Assembly (NCBI GenBank): GCA_016196885.1
Contig: JACPWU010000037.1
Coordinates: forward strand, 1-13,589
Reading direction: 5' to 3'
Source: Chlamydiota bacterium
GTDB lineage: Bacteria; Auribacterota; JACPWU01
DNA: 13,589 bases
Numbering within the stretch: position 1 is the first letter of the stretch; each line of letters opens with the position of its first letter. The notes beneath the pieces were generated by a model, which made no database searches, had not been told where the DNA came from, and worked only from the letters and a program-made list of their open reading frames with translations. Of this stretch, positions 1 through 7,539 are shown piece by piece. Made by a program: the position numbers and the translations under genes.

Positions 1-1
1 A

Positions 2-142
2 GAGATGGTCATGCCCGGGGACAATGTTGCCATGGAAGTAGAACTCATCTGCCCGATCGCGATGGAAAAGGGAGTCAAGTTTGCGATTCGAGAAGGTGGG
101 AAGACGATTGGGGCGGGAAGGGTGTCGGATATTATTGCTTAA
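2..142 (+). CDS. tuf: Elongation factor Tu, C-terminal fragment (5' end outside window)
   Basis: The frame is open from the window edge to TAA 140-142. The translation [46 protein letters not shown] matches the conserved EF-Tu domain III C-terminus (FAIREGG.T.GAG). Its position upstream of rpmG-tRNA-Trp-secE-nusG is the usual one. Confidence 0.9.
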   Translation, partial: EMVMPGDNVAMEVELICPIAMEKGVKFAIREGGKTIGAGRVSDIIA

Positions 143-147
143 AGAGA

Positions 148-178
148 GTTCAAAGGTTTAAAAGTTAAAGGTTTATAA
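148..178 (+). repeat. Octamer array 1: GTTCAAAG GTTTAAAA GTTAAAG GTTTATAA
   Basis: Read directly from the sequence. It has four tandem units of the GTTYAAAR family, two strict and two degenerate. It fills the tuf-rpmG spacer and ends 3 nt before the rpmG ATG. Confidence 0.7.
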
Positions 179-181
179 ATT

Positions 182-331
182 ATGCGGGAATCCATTACTT
201 TAGCGTGTACGGAGTGTAAGGGTAGAAATTATTACACTTACAAGAATAAAAAGACTACTCAGGCAAGGCTTGAGAGAAATAAATTTTGCAAAGTTTGTCA
301 TCGTCATACTTTGCATAAGGAAGCAAAGTAA
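182..331 (+). CDS. rpmG: 50S ribosomal protein L33
   Basis: Absent from the ORF track because it is under 60 aa. It runs from ATG 182 to TAA 329-331, 49 aa: [49 protein letters not shown]. This is the L33 family pattern with CxxC...CxxC (zinc-ribbon form), in the canonical position between tuf and secE. Confidence 0.9.
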   Translation: MRESITLACTECKGRNYYTYKNKKTTQARLERNKFCKVCHRHTLHKEAK

Positions 332-334
332 TAA

Positions 335-426
335 GGCAGGGGATAGGGTGTAGGGCTTAGGGTAGTAGGGATCAGGGAGTTTATTTATTTTCCCTACACC
401 CTAAGCCCTACGCCCTACACCCTAGG
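335..426 (+). repeat. Stem-loop A: long inverted repeat with heptad-periodic arms (NNTAGGG x6 / CCCTANN x5)
   Basis: Hand-paired. 344-363 pairs with 398-417 (20 contiguous bp, one G.U) and A364 is bulged. 365-371 pairs with 391-397 (7 bp) and 339-342 pairs with 420-423. The loop is 372-390 and is T-rich. The right arm is five exact-phase heptamers: CCCTACA CCCTAAG CCCTACG CCCTACA CCCTAGG (392-426). Confidence 0.8.
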
Positions 427-431
427 TTTAA

Positions 432-505
432 AGGCCAGTAGCTCCAATGGCTAGAGCGGCGGTCTCCAAAACCGCATGTTGCAGGTTCAAGTCCTGCCTG
501 GCCTG
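432..505 (+). tRNA. trnW: tRNA-Trp (anticodon CCA)
   Basis: The cloverleaf is readable by eye. Acceptor AGGCCAG/CTGGCCT; D arm GCTC-CAATGGCTA-GAGC; anticodon arm GCGGT-CTCCAAA-ACCGC. Variable loop ATGTT; T arm GCAGG-TTCAAGT-CCTGC; discriminator G. It is 74 nt and the 3' CCA is not encoded. tRNA-Trp upstream of secE is a common arrangement. Confidence 0.93.
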
Positions 506-514
506 AAAAGGAGG

Positions 515-546
515 GTTCAAAAGTTTAAAGGTTCAAAGGTTCAAAA
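515..546 (+). repeat. Octamer array 2: GTTCAAAA GTTTAAAG GTTCAAAG GTTCAAAA
   Basis: Four strict GTTYAAAR units with exact 8-nt phase, between tRNA-Trp and secE. Confidence 0.85.
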
Positions 547-568
547 TAAGAACTGAAAACTATTTTTT

Positions 569-766
569 ATGCCAAATCCGATTAACAAAGTTGGTACATT
601 TTTTTTAGATGCGCGACAGGAGCTTAAAAAGGTTAATTGGCCGACTTTAGAGGAGTTGAGAAGCTCTACGGTCGTTGTGATTATTTCGATCGTGCTCCTG
701 GCTATTTTTATTGGGGTGATTGACTTGGGTTTGTCGAAATTGATAGAGATGGTCATTCGTCATTAA
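569..766 (+). CDS. secE: Preprotein translocase subunit SecE (short single-TM form)
   Basis: A 65-aa ORF. It has the motif ELKKVNWPTLEEL followed by one hydrophobic helix (VVVIISIVLLAIFIGVIDL), typical of short SecE. It lies immediately upstream of nusG. No clear SD precedes the ATG. Confidence 0.85.
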   Translation: MPNPINKVGTFFLDARQELKKVNWPTLEELRSSTVVVIISIVLLAIFIGVIDLGLSKLIEMVIRH

Positions 767-784
767 AATTAAAAGGTTGCTTGT

Positions 785-1312
785 ATGCCAGCAAAATGGT
801 ACGTGATTCACACTTTATCGGGTCAGGAGCAGAAGGTTAAGGAACAGTTGGAGAGAAAAGTTGCGCTTGAGGCGATGCAAGAGAAAATTGCCGATGTGCT
901 TGTTCCCATTGAGAATGTGTCTGAGGTGCGTGCTGGGAAAAAGAAAATTACCAAGCGAAAATTTTTTCCAGGTTATATTTTGGTCCAGATGGATTTGAAT
1001 GATGACTCCTGGTATTTGGTGAAGAATACACCGGGGGTGATAGGTTTTGTGGGGGCTGGAACACCGGTCCCTCTCTTGGAATCAGAGATTCAGAGTATTT
1101 TAAATCAGATTGAAGAGAAGAAAGAAAAGGTGAAACCGAAGATTTTATTTGAGAAGGGTGAAACCATTAAGGTCAACGATGGTCCCTTTGTGAATTTCAA
1201 TGGCGTGATAGAAGAGTTGGATCCCGACCGCGGTAAATTAAAGGTGATGGTGACCATTTTCGGACGTGCAACGCCGGTCGAATTAGAATATTGGCAGGTT
1301 GAGAAGGCGTAG
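785..1312 (+). CDS. nusG: Transcription termination/antitermination factor NusG
   Basis: 175 aa. The N-terminal NGN signature is KWYVIHTLSGQEQKV. The C-terminal KOW region is GETIKVNDGPFVNFNGVIEELDPDRGKLKVMVTIFGR. It has the canonical secE-nusG-rplK context. Confidence 0.95.
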   Translation: MPAKWYVIHTLSGQEQKVKEQLERKVALEAMQEKIADVLVPIENVSEVRAGKKKITKRKFFPGYILVQMDLNDDSWYLVKNTPGVIGFVGAGTPVPLLESEIQSILNQIEEKKEKVKPKILFEKGETIKVNDGPFVNFNGVIEELDPDRGKLKVMVTIFGRATPVELEYWQVEKA

Positions 1313-1319
1313 CTTAAGA

Positions 1320-1358
1320 GTTTAAAAGTTGAAAAGTTTAAAAGTTTAAAGGTGAAAA
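1320..1358 (+). repeat. Octamer array 3: GTTTAAAA GTTGAAAA GTTTAAAA GTTTAAAG GTGAAAA(A)
   Basis: Five units at an exact 8-nt period occupy nearly the whole 46-nt nusG-rplK spacer. The last unit runs directly into the rplK ATG at 1359. Confidence 0.85.
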
Positions 1359-1781
1359 ATGGCTAAAAAAGTAACCGCAATGATTAAGCTTCAGGTTTCT
1401 GCAGGTCAGGCCAATCCTGCTCCTCCGATTGGTCCCGCGTTGGGCCAGCATGGGGTCAATATCATGGAGTTTTGCAAGGCCTTCAATGCGAAGACTCAAA
1501 ATCAGGCGGGGCTTGTGATTCCGGTGGTGATCACGGTTTTCCAGGATCGCTCCTTTACCTTTATTATGAAATCCCCTCCGGTGGCGACCCTTTTGAAAAA
1601 GGCTGTGGGACTTGCTGTTGCTTCTGGAAAGCCAAACAAGGAGAAGGTGGGCAAGGTCAATCTCAATCAGGTGCGAGAGATTGCGAAACAAAAAATGAGC
1701 GATTTAAATACCAAGTCTGAAGAGGCGGCCATGAGAATGGTGATGGGCACTGCCCGGAGCATGGGAATTGATGTGGAGTGA
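1359..1781 (+). CDS. rplK: 50S ribosomal protein L11
   Basis: 140 aa, with the signature [32 protein letters not shown]. Confidence 0.97.
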   Translation: MAKKVTAMIKLQVSAGQANPAPPIGPALGQHGVNIMEFCKAFNAKTQNQAGLVIPVVITVFQDRSFTFIMKSPPVATLLKKAVGLAVASGKPNKEKVGKVNLNQVREIAKQKMSDLNTKSEEAAMRMVMGTARSMGIDVE

Positions 1782-1786
1782 CGAAG

Positions 1787-1850
1787 GTTCAAAAGTTTAA
1801 TCCCTACAGGGACTATAAAATCTGAAGTTCAAAGGTTCAAAAGTTTAAAG
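1787..1850 (+). repeat. Octamer array 4, split: GTTCAAAA GTTTAA | 26-nt insert | GTTCAAAG GTTCAAAA GTTTAAAG
   Basis: Units lie at 1787-1800 and 1827-1850. The intervening 1801-1826 (TCCCTACAGGGACTATAAAATCTGAA) begins with the mini-palindrome TCCCTACAGGGA. Confidence 0.75.
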
Positions 1851-1868
1851 GCGACACAAAGTGTCGTC
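1850..1868 (+). promoter_or_regulatory. Small stem-loop GGCGACAC-AAA-GTGTCGTC in the rplK-rplA spacer
   Basis: An 8-bp stem (one G.U) with a triloop, read by hand. No U-tract follows it, so it is not an intrinsic terminator. Its function is unknown. Confidence 0.5.
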
Positions 1869-1898
1869 CTGGGCGTAGCGAAGGATCTAATTAACATT

Positions 1899-2603
1899 AT
1901 GAAAAAGCATTCAAAAAGATATGAGCAGGCGAAGAAATTGGTAGATGAAAATAAGGTTTACAGCCTTTCTGAGGCGATGGCGCTTGTGAAGAAATTTCCT
2001 GCCACGAAGTTTGATGAGACCGTTCATTTGGCCGTGAAATTGGGTGTGGATCCTAAGCAGTCTGATCAGCAGGTGAGAGGGACGGTGGCGTTGCCTCACG
2101 GAACGGGAAAAAAAGTTCGAGTCCTCGTTTTTACGAAGGGGGAAGGCGCAAAGTTAGCCAAAGATGCCGGGGCTGATTATGTGGGTTTTGAGGATTTGAT
2201 TGAAAAGGTCAATACGGGCTGGTGCGATTTTGATGTGGTGGTTGCTTCTCCTGAGACCATGCGAGAAGTAGGTAAGTTGGGTAAGGTTTTGGGACCCAAA
2301 GGGCTTATGCCCAGTCCCAAAACAGGAACGGTGACGCCTGATGTGGAGAAGGCTGTAAGAGAGGTGAAGGCTGGGCGTGTGGAATTTAAAATGGACAAGA
2401 GCGGGAATTTGCATTTGCCGATAGGGAAGGTTTCTTTTGGAGAGAAGGCGCTTACGGAGAATTTATCCAGTGTTTTGGATGCCCTCGCCCGTTCTAAACC
2501 TTCTACGAGCAAGGGTGAATTTATGCAGAGTTGCACGGTTTCTACCGCGATGGGTCCCGGGATTCGACTTCAGACAAAATTAGAGGTAACGGATGAGACC
2601 TGA
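1899..2603 (+). CDS. rplA: 50S ribosomal protein L1
   Basis: 234 aa. It has the N-terminus [22 protein letters not shown] and the motif [18 protein letters not shown], both typical of L1. Confidence 0.97.
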   Translation: MKKHSKRYEQAKKLVDENKVYSLSEAMALVKKFPATKFDETVHLAVKLGVDPKQSDQQVRGTVALPHGTGKKVRVLVFTKGEGAKLAKDAGADYVGFEDLIEKVNTGWCDFDVVVASPETMREVGKLGKVLGPKGLMPSPKTGTVTPDVEKAVREVKAGRVEFKMDKSGNLHLPIGKVSFGEKALTENLSSVLDALARSKPSTSKGEFMQSCTVSTAMGPGIRLQTKLEVTDET

Positions 2604-3126
2604 AAAAGTTTGGATGGTAGAAAATGTGAAGAATTTGGCCAAAAATCATTCTGCGTGGGTGATGACGGATTACACGGGCCTCACTGCAGGGGCTTTGGCT
2701 CAACTGCGCAACCGATTGAAAGGTGTCAGTGCTTCTTATGTTGTGGTGAAGAACCGCTTGCTCGAGGTTGCGCTGAAGGATTCTATGGGTGTGGACGTGT
2801 CTTCAATGTCTGCGGGGCCAACAGGCGTGGCCTTGAGTGATGACCCTGTGAGTTTGGCAAAGGTTTTGAAAGCTTTTGCTGGAGAATTTGAGGCCTTTAA
2901 GGTTAAAGGGGGCTTGCTGAAAGATCGTCTCCTCTCAAAATCTGAAATTGCTGAGCTTGCGAAAATTCCATCCAGAGAGGCTTTAATCGCGAAGATGATG
3001 GGTATTTTAAAAGGACCTACCACACGATTGGTTTGGGTTCTCAAAGGACAGCTTTCGAGTTTGGCAATTGTCCTGGCCAAGATTCGGGATCAGAAGCAAC
3101 AACAAATGGAAGAGAAACAGTCATGA
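2593..3126 (+). CDS. rplJ: 50S ribosomal protein L10
   Basis: 177 aa, with [15 protein letters not shown]...[21 protein letters not shown] typical of L10. The ATG at 2593 overlaps the last 11 nt of rplA, and GAGGT (2583-2587) lies 5 nt upstream. An alternative ATG at 2614 is less likely. Confidence 0.92.
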   Translation: MRPEKVWMVENVKNLAKNHSAWVMTDYTGLTAGALAQLRNRLKGVSASYVVVKNRLLEVALKDSMGVDVSSMSAGPTGVALSDDPVSLAKVLKAFAGEFEAFKVKGGLLKDRLLSKSEIAELAKIPSREALIAKMMGILKGPTTRLVWVLKGQLSSLAIVLAKIRDQKQQQMEEKQS

Positions 3127-3199
3127 GTTTTGGGTCGTGAGTCGTGGGTTTTAAAGGTATTATTTTTTACTCACGACTCGCCCCTCATTACCCACGACT
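3121..3199 (+). repeat. Stem-loop B: inverted repeat with heptad-periodic arms (TCATGAG TTTTGGG TCGTGAG TCGTGGG / CTCACGA CTCGCCC CTCATTA CCCACGA)
   Basis: The best hand-paired helix is 3137-3149 with 3169-3181 (13 bp, two G.U) and a 19-nt T-rich loop. There are competing helices: 3140-3149 with 3190-3199 (10 perfect bp), and 3135-3142 with 3169-3176 (8 bp, register shifted by 7). Confidence 0.7.
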
Positions 3200-3224
3200 G
3201 CTTTAAAAATAGGAGGATTGAAAC

Positions 3225-3596
3225 ATGCAAGAGATTGTGACACAGATTGAAAAAATGACGGTGTTAGAATTGTCTGAGTTGGTGAAGGCCCTTGAGGAAA
3301 AGTTTGGTGTTTCTGCTGCACCTATGATGGGTGTGCCTGCGGCGGGTGCTCCAGCGGCGGGTGGGGGAGCTCCTGTCGAGGAGAAGACAGAGTTTTCTGT
3401 CATTCTGGCCAATGGGGGCGATAAAAAGATTCAGGTGATTAAGGAAGTGAGAGTCATCACTGGACTGGGTTTAAAAGAAGCAAAAGATCTGGTGGAAGGG
3501 GCTCCGAAACCTTTGAAGGAGGGAGTTTCCAAGAAGGAAGCTGAAGAGATTAAGGCGAAATTGGAAGCCCAAGGGGCAAAGGTGGAGTTGAAGTAA
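3225..3596 (+). CDS. rplL: 50S ribosomal protein L7/L12
   Basis: 123 aa. It has an Ala/Gly/Pro hinge ([13 protein letters not shown]) and the conserved C-terminal domain [41 protein letters not shown] strong SD AGGAGGA lies upstream. Confidence 0.97.
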   Translation: MQEIVTQIEKMTVLELSELVKALEEKFGVSAAPMMGVPAAGAPAAGGGAPVEEKTEFSVILANGGDKKIQVIKEVRVITGLGLKEAKDLVEGAPKPLKEGVSKKEAEEIKAKLEAQGAKVELK

Positions 3597-3605
3597 TTTA
3601 AAAGC

Positions 3606-3687
3606 AGCGTTCAGCACTTAGCGTACAGCGGACAGTTTATAGGGAGTGGATTTTTTTCTGTACGCTGAACGCTGTACGCTAAACGCT
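3606..3687 (+). repeat. Stem-loop C: inverted repeat, four AGCNNNN heptamers (three of them AGCGNNC) versus four NNACGCT heptamers
   Basis: The left arm is AGCGTTC AGCACTT AGCGTAC AGCGGAC (3606-3633). The right arm is GTACGCT GAACGCT GTACGCT AAACGCT (3660-3687). Pairing 3606-3635 with 3658-3687 gives 23 WC pairs, 1 G.U and 6 mismatches over 30 positions. The loop is 3636-3657 and ends in T7. Confidence 0.75.
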
Positions 3688-3707
3688 CTATTGTAAAGGA
3701 ATTTTCT

Positions 3708-6700
3708 ATGGCGACGAAAGTGAAGGAAGAAATTGGCGGACTTCAAAGCAATGGTTTTGAATTTCCAAATCTGATACAGATTCAAACTCAGTCTTATAAG
3801 GATTTCCTTCAAGAGGATGTTCTTCCCGAGGAAAGAGCCAATGTCGGACTTCATGAGGTTTTTAGTGAGGTTTTTCCCATCAAGAGTTACGATGAAAATA
3901 TCTCATTGGAATATGTCGGATATTCTCTGGGCGTTCCAAAATACGAGATCATCGAATCTCAGAGGCGGGGTCTCACCTATTCTGCTCCTTTGAATGTCAC
4001 CTTTCGTTTGAGAGAAGGGGATACGGTTAAGGAAGAAACCGTTTACATGGGCAATATTCCGCTCATGACTCAGACGGGAACCTTCATTATCAATGGGGCC
4101 GAGCGGGTGATTGTGAGCCAGCTCCATCGCTCACCAGGCATTTTTTTTGAGCAGGAGGTTCATCCGGGCGGCATGACCCTTTTTTCATCTCGTATCATTC
4201 CCTATCGGGGGATTTGGATTGAGGCCGAGTTCGATATCAATGACCTCATTCATATTTATATGGATCGTCAGCGCCGCCGCAGAAAAATTTTGGCTACCAG
4301 TTTCTTGCGGGCACTGGGCTATTCGACCGACGCGGAAATTTTGGAGCTCTTTTATCAAGTGGAGCAAATGAGTCTTGATAAGAAGCTGGACCCATCGGAT
4401 TTGAAGAATCGTTTTTTGGCCCTTCCGGTGGTTGAGGGAGGAACAGGGGCGGTGATTGAAAAGGCCGGTCGAAAAATTTCCAAGGCCCTTTTGGACAAAA
4501 TGGAAGTGCTGGGCTTAAAGAAAATTTCCCTTTTAAAGGAAGCGAGCGAAGAAGATCCCATCCTTAAAATTTTAGAGAAAGATACGACGGATTCCATGGA
4601 TGCAGCGCTGAAGGAAATTTATCGGCGTTTACGACCCGGGGATCCTCCGACGACTTCGAATGCCAGAACCTTGATGAAGCGGCTTTTCTTTGATCCCAAG
4701 CGGTATGATTTGGGGAAGGTCGGACGCTTTAAATTGAATCAGCGGTTGGGATTGACTCTTACAAAATCAGAACTGCAAGAGACCATTTTAAAGAAAGAGG
4801 ATGTGGTGGAAGGTTTGCGTTATCTTTTGGGCCTTCGCAAAGGACAAGGGTACACGGATGACATTGATCATTTGGGCAATCGTCGGGTTCGCTCCGTGGG
4901 CGAGCTTCTCATGAATCAATGCCGAATCGGTTTGGCCCGTATGGAGCGGGTGATTCGCGAGCGCATGAATCTTTTTGATGTGGATACAGAGGCCTTGACG
5001 CCTCATAAATTGCTCAATCCAAAAGGCCTTTCCGGTATCATTCGGGATTTTTTCGGAAGAAGCCAGTTGTCTCAATTCTTAGATCAAACCAACCCCTTGG
5101 CTGAGCTGACGCACAAGCGTAGGCTTTCGGCTCTGGGACCCGGAGGATTGAATCGGGACCGGGCCGGATTCGAAGTGCGTGACGTTCATACCAGCCATTA
5201 CGGGCGTATTTGTCCTATTGAAACGCCGGAAGGTCCGAACATCGGTTTAATCTCTTCTCTTTCCACGTATGCCCTTATCAATGAATATGGATTTGTGGAG
5301 ACGCCTTATCGCAAGGTGGTGAAAGGTCGTGTGACGGATGACATCATTCATTTGACGGCTGATGTGGAAGAGCGCCATGTGATTGCCCAGGCCAATGAGC
5401 GTGTGGATAAAAATGGAAATTTTTCGGATGATTGGGTGCAAGCTCGGGTCAAGGGAGAATTTTTGAAGGTCGAGCCTGACAAAGTGGAATACATGGATGT
5501 GGCGCCTCTGCAACTCGTGAGTGTGGCGGCGGGCCTCATTCCCTTTTTGGAACATGATGATGCCAACCGTGCCCTGATGGGCTCGAACATGCAGCGCCAG
5601 GCGGTGCCCCTTCTTTTTACCGATATTCCAAAGGTAGCCACAGGGTTGGAGTACCGAGCGGCCAAAGATTCAGGCGTGGTGGTGGTGTCCCGTAGTGGAG
5701 GTGAGGTCACGCGCGTGGATGCCGATGAAATTGCGGTGGGCGATGAAGTTTATCCTTTGAAGAAATTCATGAGGTCTAATGCCGGGACCACCATCAATCA
5801 AAGACCTTTGGTCAAGTTGGGAGACAAAGTTAAGAAAGGTCAAGTGATTGCGGATGGGATGTCAACCAAGTCCGGAGAATTGGCTTTGGGGCGCAATGTC
5901 TTGGTCGCCTTTATGCCTTGGGAAGGCTATAACTTTGAGGACGCGATTTTGATCAGCCAGCGTCTGGTCAAGGAAGATGCCTATACCTCCATCCACATTG
6001 AAGAGTTTGAAATTGGGGCTAGAGACACGAAGCTTGGCAAGGAAGAAATTACGCGGGATATTCCGAATGTAGGTGAGGAGGCCTTAAAGCATTTGGGCGA
6101 GGATGGCATTATTCGAATTGGAGCCGAGGTGAGACCTGGAGACATTTTGGTCGGAAAAATTACGCCCAAGAGTGAGACAGAGCTTTCACCCGAAGAGCGA
6201 TTGCTTAGAGCCATTTTTGGTGAGAAGGCTGCGGATGTGAGAGATGCCTCCCTGACGGTTCCGAGCGGCATTGAAGGGATTGTGATTGATGTGAAGGTTT
6301 TCTCCCGCAAGGAAAAGGCGGTCGGGGATGAAGAACAGGCGGAGGAAAGGTCTAAGGTTCGCAAATTAAATGAAGATTATCGCCGCAAATCCGCTGAATT
6401 TAAGAAAAACGCATTTACGAAAATCCGCGATATTTTATTAGACGCCAAAATTTCTGTGGATGTGGTCAATTCTGAAACGGGTGAAATTTTAATCACCCGC
6501 GGGACCAAGATTACGAAAGGTCTCGTGGACAAATTAGAGGCCCTCGAATATGAATCCATTGAGATGGAAAAGTGCGTCGAGCGGGATCGCTTGAAAATGG
6601 TCCTTTGGGAATACCATCATCATTTAGATGCGATTCAGACCATTCACAGCATGGAAATTGAGAAACTGAAAAAGGGCGATGAGCTGGAGCCGGGTGTGAT

Positions 6701-7427
6701 TAAAAAAGTAAAAGTCTATGTCGCGACCAAGCGAAAGCTTTCTGTGGGTGACAAAATGGCCGGCCGCCATGGGAATAAGGGTGTGATTGCGAAGGTGTTG
6801 CCGGAAGAGGACATGCCTTTCATGGCCGATGGCACCCCGGTGGACATGGTGCTCAATCCCCTGGGGGTCCCTTCCCGTATGAATGTGGGGCAGGTCATGG
6901 AGACCCATATGGGTTGGGTGGCCAAGGTCTTAAACATGCGATTCTTTTCTCCGGTGTTCGGTGGAATTAAGAACGAAGAAATTAAGGAATGGTTGAAAAA
7001 GGCTCATCTTCCTGAAAATGGCAAGGCCCGTCTCTACGATGGCCGCACCGGAGAGCCTTTTGATCAGGAAGTGGTGGTGGGTTATATTTATATGTTGAAA
7101 TTGGCACATTTGGCTGCGGATAAAATTCATGCGCGGGCCATCGGGCCTTATTCCTTGGTGACTCAGCAGCCTTTGGGCGGCAAGGCCCAATTCGGCGGTC
7201 AGAGGTTTGGAGAAATGGAAGTATGGGCTTTGGAGGCCTACGGTGCGGCCTACACCCTCCAAGAAATTCTGACGGTGAAATCGGATGATGTCTCAGGAAG
7301 GACGCGGATGTATGAGTCCATTGTGAAGGGGCAGAATACCTTAGAGGCCGGAACGCCAGAATCTTTCAATGTGTTGGTCAAAGAAATTCAAGGATTGGCT
7401 TTGGATATTAAGGCGGAAAAGGAATAG
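3708..7427 (+). CDS. rpoB: DNA-directed RNA polymerase subunit beta
   Basis: 1239 aa. It carries the hallmark motifs [34 protein letters not shown] and [26 protein letters not shown] lies 9 nt upstream of the ATG. Confidence 0.99.
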   Translation: MATKVKEEIGGLQSNGFEFPNLIQIQTQSYKDFLQEDVLPEERANVGLHEVFSEVFPIKSYDENISLEYVGYSLGVPKYEIIESQRRGLTYSAPLNVTFRLREGDTVKEETVYMGNIPLMTQTGTFIINGAERVIVSQLHRSPGIFFEQEVHPGGMTLFSSRIIPYRGIWIEAEFDINDLIHIYMDRQRRRRKILATSFLRALGYSTDAEILELFYQVEQMSLDKKLDPSDLKNRFLALPVVEGGTGAVIEKAGRKISKALLDKMEVLGLKKISLLKEASEEDPILKILEKDTTDSMDAALKEIYRRLRPGDPPTTSNARTLMKRLFFDPKRYDLGKVGRFKLNQRLGLTLTKSELQETILKKEDVVEGLRYLLGLRKGQGYTDDIDHLGNRRVRSVGELLMNQCRIGLARMERVIRERMNLFDVDTEALTPHKLLNPKGLSGIIRDFFGRSQLSQFLDQTNPLAELTHKRRLSALGPGGLNRDRAGFEVRDVHTSHYGRICPIETPEGPNIGLISSLSTYALINEYGFVETPYRKVVKGRVTDDIIHLTADVEERHVIAQANERVDKNGNFSDDWVQARVKGEFLKVEPDKVEYMDVAPLQLVSVAAGLIPFLEHDDANRALMGSNMQRQAVPLLFTDIPKVATGLEYRAAKDSGVVVVSRSGGEVTRVDADEIAVGDEVYPLKKFMRSNAGTTINQRPLVKLGDKVKKGQVIADGMSTKSGELALGRNVLVAFMPWEGYNFEDAILISQRLVKEDAYTSIHIEEFEIGARDTKLGKEEITRDIPNVGEEALKHLGEDGIIRIGAEVRPGDILVGKITPKSETELSPEERLLRAIFGEKAADVRDASLTVPSGIEGIVIDVKVFSRKEKAVGDEEQAEERSKVRKLNEDYRRKSAEFKKNAFTKIRDILLDAKISVDVVNSETGEILITRGTKITKGLVDKLEALEYESIEMEKCVERDRLKMVLWEYHHHLDAIQTIHSMEIEKLKKGDELEPGVIKKVKVYVATKRKLSVGDKMAGRHGNKGVIAKVLPEEDMPFMADGTPVDMVLNPLGVPSRMNVGQVMETHMGWVAKVLNMRFFSPVFGGIKNEEIKEWLKKAHLPENGKARLYDGRTGEPFDQEVVVGYIYMLKLAHLAADKIHARAIGPYSLVTQQPLGGKAQFGGQRFGEMEVWALEAYGAAYTLQEILTVKSDDVSGRTRMYESIVKGQNTLEAGTPESFNVLVKEIQGLALDIKAEKE

Positions 7428-7430
7428 TTT

Positions 7431-7518
7431 AAAAATCAAAGTCCAAAAATCAAAGTCCAAAATGAAGGAGGTTATTATTGAATTCTTCCTTAATTTTGAT
7501 TTTTAATATTTGATTTTT
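7431..7518 (+). repeat. Stem-loop D: AT-rich inverted repeat with 14-nt periodic arms (AAAAATCAAAGTCC x2 / TTTGATTTTTNNNN x2)
   Basis: There is a perfect 14-nt direct repeat at 7431-7444 and 7445-7458. 7431-7440 pairs with 7509-7518, and 7445-7456 pairs with 7493-7504. These helices are separated by a 4x4 internal loop. The apical helix pairs 7465-7471 with 7485-7491. Confidence 0.7.
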
Positions 7519-7539
7519 GAATTTAAAAAGGAGTCTGCA

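Noticed and set aside
335-378. (U/C)AG triplets at regular spacing, which resemble a TRAP-type binding array, plus the telomere-like TTAGGG at 357-362.
   Set aside because: TRAP sites use 2-3 nt spacers (period 5-6) and about 9-11 repeats. Here the period is 7 with six units, and the arm is fully complementary to the other arm. A single TTAGGG is a coincidence of the TAGGG unit.
541-756. A 71-aa minus-strand ORF opposite secE. Similar antisense or overlapping ORFs lie at 1338-1691, 1472-1720, 1911-2536, 2610-2840, 2736-3080 and 3203-3412.
   Set aside because: Each overlaps a confidently identified ribosomal-protein or secE gene in another frame or strand, and their sequences are not protein-like.
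7462-7506. A 14-codon ORF (MKEVIIEFFLNFDF) in the apex of stem-loop D, considered as a real leader peptide.
   Set aside because: It has no SD upstream of its ATG. Its sequence is dictated by the AT-rich repeat arms. It is kept only as a low-priority check within the stem-loop D finding.
339-7518. Calling stem-loops A-D rho-independent terminators.
   Set aside because: None has a U-tract of 4 or more Ts immediately after the descending arm; only TTT or mixed sequence follows. Their T-runs lie inside the loops. Full termination between these co-regulated essential genes is also implausible. Partial attenuation cannot be excluded.
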